A DNA stretch of 64,000 nt from Eledone cirrhosa (lineage: Eukaryota): contig OZ024742.1 of assembly GCA_964016885.1 (NCBI GenBank), positions 137,082,001 to 137,146,000 on the forward strand. The letters are read 5' to 3'. This document shows, piece after piece, positions 1 through 12,476 of the stretch. The translations under genes and the position numbers were made by a program. Position 1 is the first letter of the stretch; every line of letters starts with the position of its first letter. The notes under the pieces are model-generated. The model ran no database searches, was not told the origin of the DNA, and was given only the letters and a program-made list of their open reading frames with translations.

Positions 1-1814
1 ATGTGTTTGTCGGTGGTCTGTATAAACCGTTATGTGTCTTTCAAAAAGTATGTGTCTTTCTAGCCGCAACTGAATAATAGGATGCTTGGGGTGAATGCGT
101 ACGCGCATGTGTGACCGTTGACAAGGCAGGTGTGACAGTGGCTATGGGTAAATAATTAAGCGACGCTTGACCATGTGCCATGCATTCACGGAAGCGTAGT
201 TATATGAGGTTTGATGAATAGCAATTTGTTTTCACTATTTTAAAATGTTATTTAATTATTATCAAATATAAACTGCTTAGCTAAAACGTATGTATGTATA
301 TACTTATTCATATATGTTCATATATATTCATAACGTATTTATGGAAGTAAATTAAATCCACACGTCCCCACTATGGTAATTATCTTGAAAATCACATAAA
401 TATGTATTAATCAGATGATTCGTGTGTATATTTGTATCTGAGTATGGACGTCTCTTTCTGGCACAACGATGATGATCAGTATAACGTTCATGGCTTATTT
501 TCGTTAATGTGTTTACAGATTTTTCAAGAACGATACTTAGATATCTATATTCTTCTCTATTTTTCTGATGTCAAGAAAGCAGCTGTCCTCCACAACAAAA
601 CATTTTTTATTTTGTCGTCCTAGATAACAATATTAGGTCAGTGGAGCTATGATTTGGAAGCTGTGCTTATTTTTAGGTTCCAATAGTATTGATCCATTGG
701 TTTGAACATATTCGTGTTCATTGTTGTAGTGTTCTTTTTTACCTTAATTCTGTTTGTTCTGGCAACCACATAATTCATCGTGGGAAGGTCATACTTAGAG
801 GACATTATTGTTCAGTTGCCAACATATGGCAAATTCTTCATTTAGGATTAAAGTCTAAATCTATTTCAAATGATAGATATATTTTTTCGATTTTCTGAGA
901 GCAACCTTCAAGGTAAGATAAAACAAAATTATCGGTAGATCATCTCTACCTCCTGGGGTTTTCATTTCAAGTACGCATGCATAAACTTCTAAATGGAAAA
1001 AAAAATCAATATTTTATTATACAATTGTTGTGTTGAGAAGAAGTTTCCAGTGATCCTTGTAAAGACTTTTATGGTATGATCACGTAATTACTAATGAAGT
1101 TGTAGTGACGCCGTAGAGGTATACGGCGCTACTGAGGCATTTTAAACTTAGCGCAACCCATCCCTCTCCAGGTCTGACTGCCGGATTGCAGCAGATTCTT
1201 TCTGAGAAGGATAAAGAGTGAGAGAGCAAATGAGAAAGAGATATAGAGGAAGAATCGACCTCAGTACTTGACTGGTACATTTATGTTTGCAATTAATTCT
1301 TATATCACTTCAAGCTATCCTTATGATACTTTTATTTTCATGATTGAAAGCATAATATAGTCGCTGGTTATTTTTCTCTGCTAGCAATTCGTCAGATCTT
1401 CCGTCGATTAAGATCTTCTGTGTCCTTAATACAGATTTAAGGCAGTGACCATCCATTTTGCATGCTTATGTACTCTGGCTTTATCACCATTAATTTGGAA
1501 CTTTCCAGTAACACTTTGAATTCTTAAATACATACAGATATATAGGAAAGTATATATTTAGAGTCAGGTGGTGGTTGGAATCTAGAGTATAGGTTATGGA
1601 TGATGACTTGGTTATTATATGGACATTTAGACTTTGTTTTAATAAGTGCATTAGTTTCGAGTTTGTCGCCCGATGCTCCTCTCCCATGGGTGTTATGTTT
1701 ATTGTTAGCTATGTTTTCGGAGTCTACTTTTTATGTATACGGACATTCAGTGATTACATTGCGATGGTTCTAGGTGTATCTACGTTCAGATATAGGTGTT
1801 TGGCGGTCATATTT

Positions 1815-2668
1815 ACTCCCCTTCCCCTTCCTCCCCGTCCCTCCTTTTCCCTTCTTCCCATTCCTCCCTTCCTCTCCTTTTCTCCTTCTTCCCATTCCTC
1901 CCCTTTATCCCCTTCCTCCCATTCCTCTCATTGTCGCTCATCCCTTGTTCTTCTCTCTCCCCTCTATTTGCCTCTTTCCCATTATTTCCCCATATTTCCC
2001 CCTCTCCCACTTTCCCCTCATTCTCCCTCTTTCCCCTCTCCTTCCCTTTATCTCCACCATTTTCTCTCCATTCCCTTTTTCCCCCTTCTCTCCCGTTCTT
2101 TAGGCTCTCTGTTTCTCCTTACTCACCTTACTCTCCTTTCTCTCATTGCTCTCCTATTTATCCTTGTCTTCTTTCCTCCTAACTCTCCCTCCTCTCATTT
2201 TCCTCCCTCTTCTTTTTCCTCTCAGTGCTCTCTTTCCTCTCCTTCTCTCTTTCCTCTCCTCACTCACCTCTCCTTCTCTCTTTCCTCTCCTCACTCACCT
2301 CTCCTTCTCTCATTTCTCTCCTGTTCTCCTTTCTCTTATTTTCTTCTTGCTCTCCCTTTCAACGTACTCTTCTTACTCACCCTTTCTCCTTACTCACCCT
2401 TTCTCCTTACTCCCCTTATTCTCATAACTCTCTTTGCTATTTCATCCTCTTTCACCTTTTTAACTGCTGCCTTCCATCCTCCTTTTCCTCCCGTTCCACT
2501 CATTATACTAATTCCTCCCCTTTCTCCCCTTCCTCACATTGCTTCCCCTGCTTACTCCCCTTCCTCCCCTTCTGTCCATTTCTGTTCTTCTCCCTCTCTT
2601 CCCCTTTCTCCTCTTTCCCCATCTGTCCCCCTATTTCCCCTTCTCTCCTATTTCACCTTCTTTCTCAC
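1815..2668 (+). repeat. Polypyrimidine (C/T-rich) low-complexity tract
   Basis: ~850 bp almost exclusively C/T on the + strand; explains the spurious P/S/L/F-rich ORFs 1596..2999, 1774..2103 etc. Confidence 0.9.
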
Positions 2669-2925
2669 TTCCGAGGTGAGCACGGCTGAGCGAATCGAAG
2701 CTATAGCCACAGCTAGAGCTTCCGGCTTGAAAGTTGCTTTTAGCACGGCTAAGCAACAGGAAGCTATAACTTCAGCTAGAGTTTCCTGGGCGAGCCTTGC
2801 TTTTAGCAAGGCTAAGCCAAAGGAACCTCTAGCCACAGCTAGAGCTTACGAGGCGAGCGGTGCTATTAGCACAGCTAAACCAAAAGAAACTCTAGCCACA
2901 ATTAGAGTTTCCGAGGTGAGCGGTA
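2669..2925 (+). repeat. 63-bp-period minisatellite (~4 diverged units)
   Basis: TAGCAC/AGGCTAA recurs at 2741, 2804, 2867 (63 bp period); TTCCGAGGTGAGC at both ends (2669, 2909). Confidence 0.75.
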
Positions 2926-3528
2926 CTTCTACATTCTACCATCTTCTAGTTGGCAAAACGAAAAAAAAAAGTTCTTCGTTTGTAAAAATTGAACTCTGAA
3001 CAGTTTTTGCTATGTAAAATTAGCTGTTGTACACTTATATAACCAGCGATCATACCAAACTACCACCGTGGCTGTTCGAATTTTTTAGCCATTTTAAAAA
3101 TTATATTACAAATATTATCATTTGGAATCTTTATGGTCTTACTTACTTTACACTTACAAACAAACAAAAAACTACTTATTTTAAACTCATATTTTAAACA
3201 TTCATTTCTGAAACCTTTATCGTCTTTCGTGCTTTAGGGCTTTCATTAAATATCCGTATAATATCTTTCGATACCGGCTTCTTTTATTCTATCATTTGTC
3301 AGACATTACATTTAATATTATTTATTTTCAGATTTTCCCCTACATATATCTAAATAGGCCCACTAGCCACCAGGCAAGCTGACGACTACTATATGTACGT
3401 ATATATGTATTTAAGCATTCTTTTATTCATTAGAGTGTGAGTGATTTTAGCGATCTATTTTTGTAAAACCGTTAAGTTTCGTGACACAAATAGACAAAAA
3501 TATAAGCGTAAAATAGAAACACATATAG

Positions 3529-3562
<34 letters not shown>

Positions 3563-3596
3563 GCATACACAGACACACACAAACACACACACACAG

Positions 3597-3628
<32 letters not shown>

Positions 3629-3629
3629 G

Positions 3630-3701
<72 letters not shown>

Positions 3702-3707
<6 letters not shown>

Positions 3708-3907
3708 TTGAAGACTAAAATCCAAAGAAGGCTCGTTAAGGATAAATATATATCAAATAAAGCACTGTAGAGCACATATTTATTAAAATAACAGATTAAA
3801 GTTTAAGCAGAGATTCGCTGCTTTCACCCTTAACGGGAGTTTCAGAAGATCCCGTTAAGGGTGAAAGCAGCAATTCTTTGCTTAAACTTTAATCTGTTAT
3901 TTTAATA
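3702..3907 (-). mobile_element. Short fold-back insert, family A, in (TA)n
   Basis: Inverted arms 3781-3838/3850-3907; same sequence (GTAGAGCA.ATATTTATTAAAATAAC.GATTAAAGTTTAAGC) recurs at 6640-6719, and the terminus ATAAATTTGAAGACTAAAATCCAAA recurs near 57310. Confidence 0.6.
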
Positions 3908-3924
3908 TATATATATATATATAT

Positions 3925-4070
3925 ATATAATTATAACTGAACAAAAAAGAAAAACGAACACAGATATTTACATATATGTGTTCAAATCGTAATGGACCAG
4001 AATCCATTACGATTTGAACACATATATGTAAATGTTTGTGTTCGTTTTTCTTTTTTGTTCAATTATAATA
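3925..4070. repeat. Palindromic (fold-back) insert next to (TA)n
   Basis: Arms ~3925-3996 and ~4003-4070 are near-perfect reverse complements around the loop CCAGAA. Confidence 0.8.
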
Positions 4071-4493
4071 TATGGCTCGGAAAAACCTCTTTCTTGGAGC
4101 TATTTACTGTAATGAGACTATTTTGAGTTTCTAACTGAATACTTGCCTTGATATATATATATATGAATGACAGTAATGCAACTCAATAACATTGCTTTCG
4201 AGAAGTACATCCATTCTGCTGTCTATCAACATAAGCAACGGAGATAGATCAGATCTTATCAAATACTTGGAAGGAAAGGCAATTAGATGGATAAATAATA
4301 AATATATATATATATGCATACATATACATGCATATACACACAGAAACCCACAGAAAAACACAGTGTAACATGTCACTATACACGTTATTTCAATCTTGGT
4401 TTTGGTCACATATTATCAAGATCTTAATATCTAAAGCGAGAAAGCAGGTCGCTTTAGGTGGTATGTTCACTACGTACGTATACTCATAACGAC

Positions 4494-4642
<149 letters not shown>

Positions 4643-4737
4643 TAATACATATTATCAGTACACATTTATATATTTAGACATGTAGCTGCTCCTCACGCAA
4701 ACATATATACAGGCATATAAGTGTAGGCATAAACACG

Positions 4738-4768
<31 letters not shown>

Positions 4769-5505
4769 TTAAGTACAAATGAATATCATGCACAGAACTA
4801 GACATAATCATTCGTCCACAATGTGAGAACAATGTATTCTCAATTCAGCTATTAGCTAGTTTATGTAAAGTGTTAGAGGCATCCTACGCACTAATTGAAC
4901 CGTTGAAAACTTTTACTGTAGCAATGTAGCTAGAAGCTAGTTATTATCTGTGTAATGTTATTATATAATGGAATTTTGGAAAGGAAATGCTTTTTGGACA
5001 TTGTGGTTGGAACATATTAGGAAGTTCAACAAAGACTCGTTTGAAATCACAATCTGCTGGATATCATGGGAGCACAGCGCTGAACTTGATATTGTCTGGC
5101 CCATTTTATGATACTGCATTCTAATTAAAATGTGTTAGTATTATATGTGCATTCGTTTACACTCCCAGTCCCACGCCCAATGGTGTTGTATGAACTGATA
5201 TTTTGTTTCTTAGAGAAAGTGAGTGCAAGTATTAACGTCTCTTAAAAGAGTTAGCTATAGCCATGAATCATATAGTCATAGATTTATTAGCTTATATATT
5301 TTCCCTTTACTATTTCGGTACTCTATTGGTTTATTCGTTGCAATATTATTATTATCTAAGCTATTTCTGGTATTAATTTTTCATAATTCATTTTGAAATT
5401 TCCAATAACACATTGAGTTCTTGTAAACATACGGATATGTATGAATGTATACATGAATGGATATACATGCATGTAAGTACATAGGTACGTATTACAAATT
5501 ATTAG

Positions 5506-5885
5506 GTATTGGCTGTATTGGTAGAGGGTCAGACATGCTTTTCAGCGTAGTTACGTCCCTTTACGATCTGAGTTCAAATCCCGCCGAGGTTAACTTTGCC
5601 TTTCATCCTTACAGGGTTGATCAAATAAAGTACCAGTAATACACTGGTATTTGCTGGCCTTGTGCCAAAAGTAGAAACAATTATGTATGTTAAGTGGATT
5701 GGCAGTATCAGTAGAGGGTCGGATGCCATGCTTTGACGCATAGAGTTACGTCCCGTGCCATTCTGAGTTCAAATCGCGCCGAGGTTAATTTTGCCTTTCA
5801 ACCTTACAGGCTCGATAAAATAAAGTACCAGTAATGTACTGGATAATTGCTGGCCTTGTGCCAAAAGTAGAAACAATTATTATTT
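5506..5885 (+). mobile_element. Two tandem copies of a tRNA-derived SINE (octopod-type)
   Basis: A-box-like TGGCAGTATC.GT and B box GAGTTCAAATCCC; body GCCGAGGT..ACTTTGCCTTTCATCCTTAC; tail GGCCTTGTGCCAAAAGTAGAAACAATTAT. Confidence 0.9.
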
Positions 5886-6184
5886 ATGTTAAGGTTTTTG
5901 TCGTGCTAACTTTCGAGTGGTGACCAGCATTGTTCCTTGAAGGGGTGGAATGCGTATGATTGTTATTTCAAATGTGTAATGATCTACAATTTCCCCTTGA
6001 ATCCTTGCGATTGTTTTTCTTTCTTCCAGTGTGTCGTGTTGTATTGTTATTGTACATGTGGCAGCGTTCGAATTTTCTGGAATCATACTTACGACAGATT
6101 TATTATTTTCCGCAAAAATCTTACTTCGAAGCGCGAAGATAATTTTATTATTAACATTGTACAGTATATGGGTTGATGCCAACA

Positions 6185-6345
6185 TAATTGTTTCTACTTT
6201 AGGCACAAGGCCAGCAATTATCCAGTGCATTACTGGTACTTTATTTTATCGACCCCGTAAGGATGAAAGGCAAAGTCAACCTCGGCGGGATTTGAACTCA
6301 AATCGTAAAGGGACGTAACTATGCTGGAAAGCATGGCGTCCGAAT
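6185..6345 (-). mobile_element. tRNA-SINE copy with 13-bp TSD
   Basis: Same SINE body; ATGCCAACATAAT flanks both sides (~6176 and ~6344). Confidence 0.9.
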
Positions 6346-6738
6346 GCCAACATAATGTGTGTAGAAAAGGAGTATTATTATTGGTCTTTCGAATATATTT
6401 AATTTTCTTCTTATATACACTTTTACTTAGGGCCTCGTTGTAGTACCTGGCGTTCTACTGGAAATATCCTTACTTAAGAGATATGAACGTTTTTCATATA
6501 TTGATACGCATTGAAATGACATTTATCAATGTAATATATATTGATGTGCATAATGCACACACCAATACAACGAATGAAACAATTCTAGTCCTGTAGAAGC
6601 TTTTCTATATTATATAAATATATATATACACACATTACCGTAGAGCAAATATTTATTAAAATAACCGATTAAAGTTTAAGCAAAGATTATTTGCTTAAAC
6701 TTTAATCTTTTATTCTAATATATATATATATATATTAT

Positions 6739-6926
6739 ATAATTGTTTCTACTTTTGGCACAAGGCCAGCAAATACCCAGTACATTACTGGTACTTTATT
6801 TTATCGACCCCGTATGGATGAAAGGCTGAGTTAACCTCGGCGGGATTTGAACTCAGATCATAAAGGGACGTAACTATGCTGGAAAGCATGTCCGAGCCTC
6901 TACCGATACTGCCAATTCACCGCCCT
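6739..6926 (-). mobile_element. tRNA-SINE copy (full length)
   Basis: Reverse complement of SINE head (AAGGGCGGTGAATTGGCAGTATCGGTAGAG) through the tail. Confidence 0.9.
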
Positions 6927-6946
6927 TATATATTATATAATATATT

Positions 6947-7080
6947 ACAGAAATAGCCGTCGAAACAGCTTGAGCTCTGCCGTCGAGGTCATACTTTTTC
7001 CTATTACCCACTCTACTACATTAAGTATTGCGTACTCTGGTGCGTTATGGTCCATCTGGTTCGTTACCACATCTCCTTCG

Positions 7081-7083
<3 letters not shown>
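6947..7083 (+). mobile_element. Family B short insert ending in (TA)n
   Basis: Homologous to 7907-8100, 42568-42759 and 56536-56682; all end at ...CACA(T/C)(C/T)T(C/T)C(T/A)TC(G/A)T followed by (TA)n. Confidence 0.7.
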
Positions 7084-7158
<75 letters not shown>

Positions 7159-7159
7159 T

Positions 7160-7475
7160 AGTGATTAGAGCTTTGGGCATGCAATTGATAATCTGTGAGT
7201 TCGATCCTGGGACCGGGTGGTTCATTGTGTCCTTCAGCAAGACTCTTTAATTCACGTTGCTCTGGCTGAGTGAGCTGTAGAATTGATGTCAATGGTGCCA
7301 AGTTGTGTCGGCCTTTGCCTTTCCTTTAGACAACATCGGTGGCCGGGAGAGGCCAAACTGGTATGTATGGGCGATGCTCGTCTTCCACAAACAAACGTTG
7401 CCAAGGTTTGTGCCTCGGAGGGGAAACTTTCTAGGTTCAAAACCATGATCATTAATGACCGATGGGGAGACATGA
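7160..7475 (+). mobile_element. Second, older tRNA-derived SINE family (CORE/Meta-like central domain)
   Basis: B box GAGTTCGATCCT followed by TGTGTCCTTCAGCAAGACTCTTTAATTCACGTTGCTC; related sequence at 27290-27384 and 47660-47900. Confidence 0.65.
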
Positions 7476-7868
7476 TGCCTATATATATATATATTTCCTT
7501 TTCTATTCCTTTTTACCGTGATTTTCGTGCTATAAGAAGTACCAAAACCTTTCCTGACGTCACATAAGATAATATGTATATTTCTTATAGATTAAATTCT
7601 ATAAATTAAGGTTTTGTATCTCGTTTCTTACTCCACTGTACAACATTTTGTTTGTGTCAGACGCTATGACCCCGGGTGAACCAGTAGTACCGTTGGTACA
7701 GGTGTAAATTTCAAAAGTCCATCTCAACAGCCTATGATCTTGGTGTTCTGTGTCTTTCGTTTGTACTTTTCTTTAAAAAAAAAGGAATTAAGGTTTTCCT
7801 TAAAAAATTGTTTTTCGCTTTGCCTTGTTTTCATTAATTGCCTTGTCCTCGCTGTTAATTTTCTTAAG

Positions 7869-7906
<38 letters not shown>

Positions 7907-7909
<3 letters not shown>

Positions 7910-8100
7910 AAAAGAGTCAGGACCCCGACGGCTGAGCTCCGGCCGTTTTGACAGCTAGTTCTGAACCTAGCTGTCGAAACGACAGGAGCTCAGCCGTCGG
8001 GGTCCTGATTCTTTTCCTATTACCCAGTCTACTACCCAATGTATCGACTACTCTGGAGCGTTATGGTCCATCTGGCTCCTTACCACACTTTCTTCGTTAT
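7907..8100 (+). mobile_element. Family B insert with 5' fold-back
   Basis: Palindrome 7907-8020 centred on the hairpin GACAGCTAG..CTAGCTGTC followed by GAAAC; flanked by (TA)n on both sides. Confidence 0.7.
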
Positions 8101-8171
8101 ATATATATATGTGTGTGTGTCTGTGTGTGTGTGTGTGTGCGTGTGCGTGCGTGTGTGTGCGCGCGTGTATC

Positions 8172-8657
8172 TTGCTAAATATTTCTGTTACATTAAACAT
8201 TTGACAATTCAAAATGACGCTAATTGGACGGAATAGTGTCACCCCTTTCCATTCTTTTGAGCATATGTGGGAAAAAATTACAATGGTAATAATAATGATT
8301 TCTACTATAGGTACAAGGCCAGCAATCCTGTGGGGGATTTTTATCGTGCTTTATTTTTATCGACCTCGTTAGGATGAAAGGCAAAGTTAAGAACGGCGGG
8401 ATTTGCGGTTAGTTTTGCCTTTCACTTTTAGGTGTCGATAAAATAATGTACCAGTAATGCACTGGATCGATTTAATCGGCTTTCCACCATCCTTTAAAAT
8501 TGCTGGCCTTGTTGCTAAAATAGAAACAATTATTGTTATTATTATTGTTATTTTTTCCCACATATGCCGAAAAGAATGGAAAGGGGTGACACTATTCCGT
8601 CCAATTAGCGTCATTTTGAATTGTCGAATGTTTAATGTAACAGAAATATTTAGCAGA
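8172..8657. repeat. Inverted duplication of SINE 3' part plus unique flank
   Basis: 8173-8326 is the reverse complement of ~8499-8657; SINE pieces face inward (- at 8295-8400, + at 8408-8535). Confidence 0.8.
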
Positions 8658-8700
8658 AGATTAACCTCTAACACACACTAGCACGCACAAACATGCACGC

Positions 8701-8776
<76 letters not shown>

Positions 8777-8795
8777 GTATTTATATATATATATT

Positions 8796-8921
<126 letters not shown>

Positions 8922-9548
8922 TGTGTGTGTATGTTTTTGTGTATACGATATGCTACATATTGTAAAGTAAAGTAATGTGTGATGTAGGAGTACATTGAGT
9001 GTTTTCTATGGTGTTGATTAAATACAATGATGATGCTGTTCATAAAGAAGATAGAAGAATCACAAAAATATGACAAACCTACTTAGAAACCATTATCCCG
9101 TGGCTAACATAGCAAGGTATTCTGCCAACAATACTGGCTATACAGAGAATGTGAAATGCATGACATTTTATGCTTCTTTTGTAATGATTTAGTAGCTGAT
9201 GGTCTACATGTGTTGTGCATATGTCTCTTATGACACTACGAGTCACATCCGCTTGCCATATCAACTTGGTATTCAAAATATCCGTAAAAAGTATTTGTAA
9301 TGGCGGAAATCATAATATTGTTGAAATGTTGTATATTTGAAAGAAAACAAAAAAAACTTATCAATTTTCCACTGATTTCTTATTCTTCTTTTCTTTTCTT
9401 TTCTTTTCTTTTCTTTTCTTTTCTTTTTTCAATTTACTGAACATATGAAATTGTGTTGCATTTTATGATCTTTTTAAAAGCCTTGCCATGTTCTTTTACC
9501 TAGCCTGCGTAACGTCATCTCATCTATTTATCATCCACCTCTCTGAAT

Positions 9549-9588
<40 letters not shown>

Positions 9589-9795
9589 GATATTAAATAA
9601 ATGGAAACTATATTTATAAAACCATATTTATTTCGTTATATATATTTCAGGGATATCATATTAACAATATGGTTTTATAAATATAGTTTCCATTTATTTA
9701 ATATCACAAATATACTCCAAATACTTGTTGAGTGCTTTTATATCAGTTATAAATATTTACTCGTTGTTAACCCAACAATTTAAATATAACTTTCC
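9589..9795 (+). mobile_element. Family C HHR-associated fold-back insert (truncated)
   Basis: Homologous to 11370-11920 and 33381-33777; short inverted arms ~9589-9630/9667-9705; abuts (TA)n. Confidence 0.7.
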
Positions 9796-9863
9796 ATATA
9801 TATATATATATATATATATTAACCTCTTACACACACACTATATATATATGCGTGTGTGTGTGT

Positions 9864-10161
9864 AATAATTGTTTCTACTTTAGGCAGAAGGCCAGCAATT
9901 ACTCAGTGCATTAGTGTTACTTTATTTTATCGACCCCGTAAGGATGAAAGGCAAAGTCAACCTCAGCGGGATTTGAACTCAGATCGTAAAGGGACGTAAC
10001 TATGCTGGAAAGCATGGCGTCCGACCCTCTACCGATACTGCCAGTAATAATTGTTTCTACTTTTGGCACAAGGCCAGCAATTATCCAGTGTATTACTGGT
10101 ACTTTATTTTATCGACCCCCGTAAGGATGAAAGGCAATGTTAACCTCGGCAGGATTTGAAC
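9864..10161 (-). mobile_element. Two tandem tRNA-SINE copies
   Basis: SINE body at 9864-10045 and a 5'-truncated copy at 10046-10161, same orientation. Confidence 0.9.
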
Positions 10162-10420
10162 AAAATCAAAGTTTCAGCTAATGCGGAATCTCTCTAAAGA
10201 ACAATCCACAGAGCTTGCACAAATACTCGATATATATATTTGTTTGTGTGTATGTGTCTGTATAAAATGATAATTAGATAAGATTCTACGATTCAATAGA
10301 AGCCTCTTGAATGGGTATGTACACAGACATATTGATTTATTTATAAACATCTAAACATATTTACGCGTTTCTTCGCTGAATTCTGTACTGTTTCATAACA
10401 GATATGTATTTATAGTGTAT

Positions 10421-10596
10421 GATAATTGTTTCTACTTTAAGCACAAGGCCAGCAATTACCCAGTGCATTACTGGTACTTTATTTTATCGACCCCGTAAGG
10501 ATGAAAGGCAAAGTCAACCTCGGCGGGATTTGAACTCAGATCGTAAAGGGACGTAACTATGCTGGAAAGCATGGCGTCCGACCCTCTACCGATACT
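10421..10596 (-). mobile_element. tRNA-SINE copy with TSD
   Basis: TATGATAATTGTTT at 10418-10431 and 10596-10609. Confidence 0.9.
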
Positions 10597-11150
10597 ATGA
10601 TAATTGTTTTGAATTGTGCGTCATTTATTATATAGTGAGATGTCTGCATCAGTTTTTAAATATGCAAAATACTAGCATTGAGAATGTGTTTATAATGCCA
10701 TTATTTTACACATTTCTCCGTGGGTTGCCAAATAGGTGCACTTCCTCTGACGGAGATATCAACTGGAAGTGAAATATGAGTCAAGAGTTTTTAATCCATT
10801 TATGAAGAAATAAGGAAATAAAAAGCTTCTAATGTTTAGGGTGTATGTTTACAAATACAAATAAACAAACAAATTTTGTGTTTGATTGTGTGCGTGTGTG
10901 TGTGTGTTTTGTGTGTGTGTGTGTTTGTTTGTGAGTGTGTGTGTGTGTGTGCCTCCTAAGTTTCATATACAATGTATTATCAACGTCAAAAACTAAATAG
11001 TAACTTCGTCTATTATTGATGAAACCTGATAAATGGTTGCAGTTTCACATCTGCACCCTGTTCATTAACTAATTAACTGCCGAAGTAAGACAAAGTTTGG
11101 ACAATTCTGGCTTGATTCTTTGTTTAAGTGAATACATTCATTATTTGCCA

Positions 11151-11330
11151 TTGGCAGTATCAGTAGAGGGTCGGAGGCCATGCTTTCCAGCATAGTTACG
11201 TCCCTTTACGATCTGAGTTCAAATCCCGCCGAGGTTGACTTTGCCTTTCATCCTTACGGGGTCGATAAAATAAAGTACCAGTAATGCACTGGGTAATTGC
11301 TGGCCTTGTGCCTAAAGTAGAAACAATTAT
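11151..11330 (+). mobile_element. tRNA-SINE copy with TSD
   Basis: ATTATTTGCCATT before and ATTATTTGTCATT after. Confidence 0.9.
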
Positions 11331-11369
11331 TTGTCATTTTCTCTCTCTCTCTATATATATATATATATG

Positions 11370-11920
11370 TAGAAGTTCTATTTAAATTGTTGGGATACAA
11401 CAAGCAAATATTTTTATAACTGATATAAAGCACTCAACAAATTATTGTAGTAAAAATACGATATATTAACAAATGGAAACTATATTTATAAAACCATATT
11501 TATTTCATTATACATATTTCAAGGACACCAAGTTAAATTATGGTGCGCTTTCATCAGATAAAATATAATATAGATCAGTTTTATAAATAAATATTGACAT
11601 ATCCTTAAAGAGTGCAACCATTTCTGTTGGAAGCTCCCGGATAGTGGGTTATTAAATTTATTTAGTCTATTATGCAAATTAGTGTCGGATATGTTTTCCA
11701 TACTTCAACGGCTTATTTTAAATCTACTGTGATTTAAACATATCCGACACTAATTTGCATAATAGACTAAATCAATTTAATAACCCCACTATCCGGGAGC
11801 TTCCAACAGAAATGGTCGCACTCTTTATGGGTATGTCAATATTTATTTATAAAACTGATCTATATTATATTTTATCTGATGAAAGCGCACCATAATTTGA
11901 CTTGCTGTCCTTGAAATATC
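11370..11920 (-). mobile_element. Family C Penelope-like/retrozyme fold-back insert
   Basis: Inverted arms ~11514-11696/11738-11920; HHR motif in each arm; both ends in (TA)n. Confidence 0.7.
11501..11565 (-). ncRNA. Type I hammerhead ribozyme motif
   Basis: Minus strand TATTTTAT-CTGATGA-AAGCGCACCA..TGGTGTCCTT-GAAA-TATGTA-TA-ATGAAATA: stems I and II pair, near-palindromic stem III, AUA cleavage triplet. Confidence 0.75.
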
Positions 11921-12476
11921 TATATATTTATATATCTATCTATATGGATGTGTGTGTGTGTGTGTGCGTGTGCGTGTGTACATTTACATAAGCTACAATC
12001 GTAAAACTGCTTTGTGTACCGCCGCCGCTACCACCACCAGCATTAGCTCTACCACTACTACCTTGGGTGGTGATGCTGGCGATGGTGTTGGTGATAATCA
12101 CAAAGGGTGGTAGGAGGGCGATGTGACGATGACGGTATATGGACGAGGTGAAGAGCAGTGGGAGTCGGAAAAGTGATGGCGGTTTGGGTTTTACTGCAGA
12201 TATACTACTACCACCGCCGTTATTACTAGTATTATTGCCATTATTATTAATATTATTATTGGCGACCTACGTAGTAAATCGTATCATCGTGAGCTCCGCA
12301 AAGGTTTGTTATTTTCAGTCGTTTAAATTTGGCATTTATGGAAAATTTTTATTATTAACTGTATATAAGTGCACATACATTGATTTCTGAAAAGGACACT
12401 CAAAAATATTGGGGCCTTGAGCCCAAAATTTAAACTTTTTATCATTATCAAACAAAAAAAATTTCTTTGAAAATTG

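Noticed and set aside
1596-2999. 467-aa ORF
   Set aside because: Stays open mainly because the C/T tract lacks stop codons; no recognisable domain
5506-5600. SINE heads as tRNA genes
   Set aside because: A/B boxes present but no cloverleaf; they continue into the SINE body and have TSDs
9079-9276. 65-aa minus-strand ORF as a host exon
   Set aside because: No clear splice acceptor and no recognisable homology
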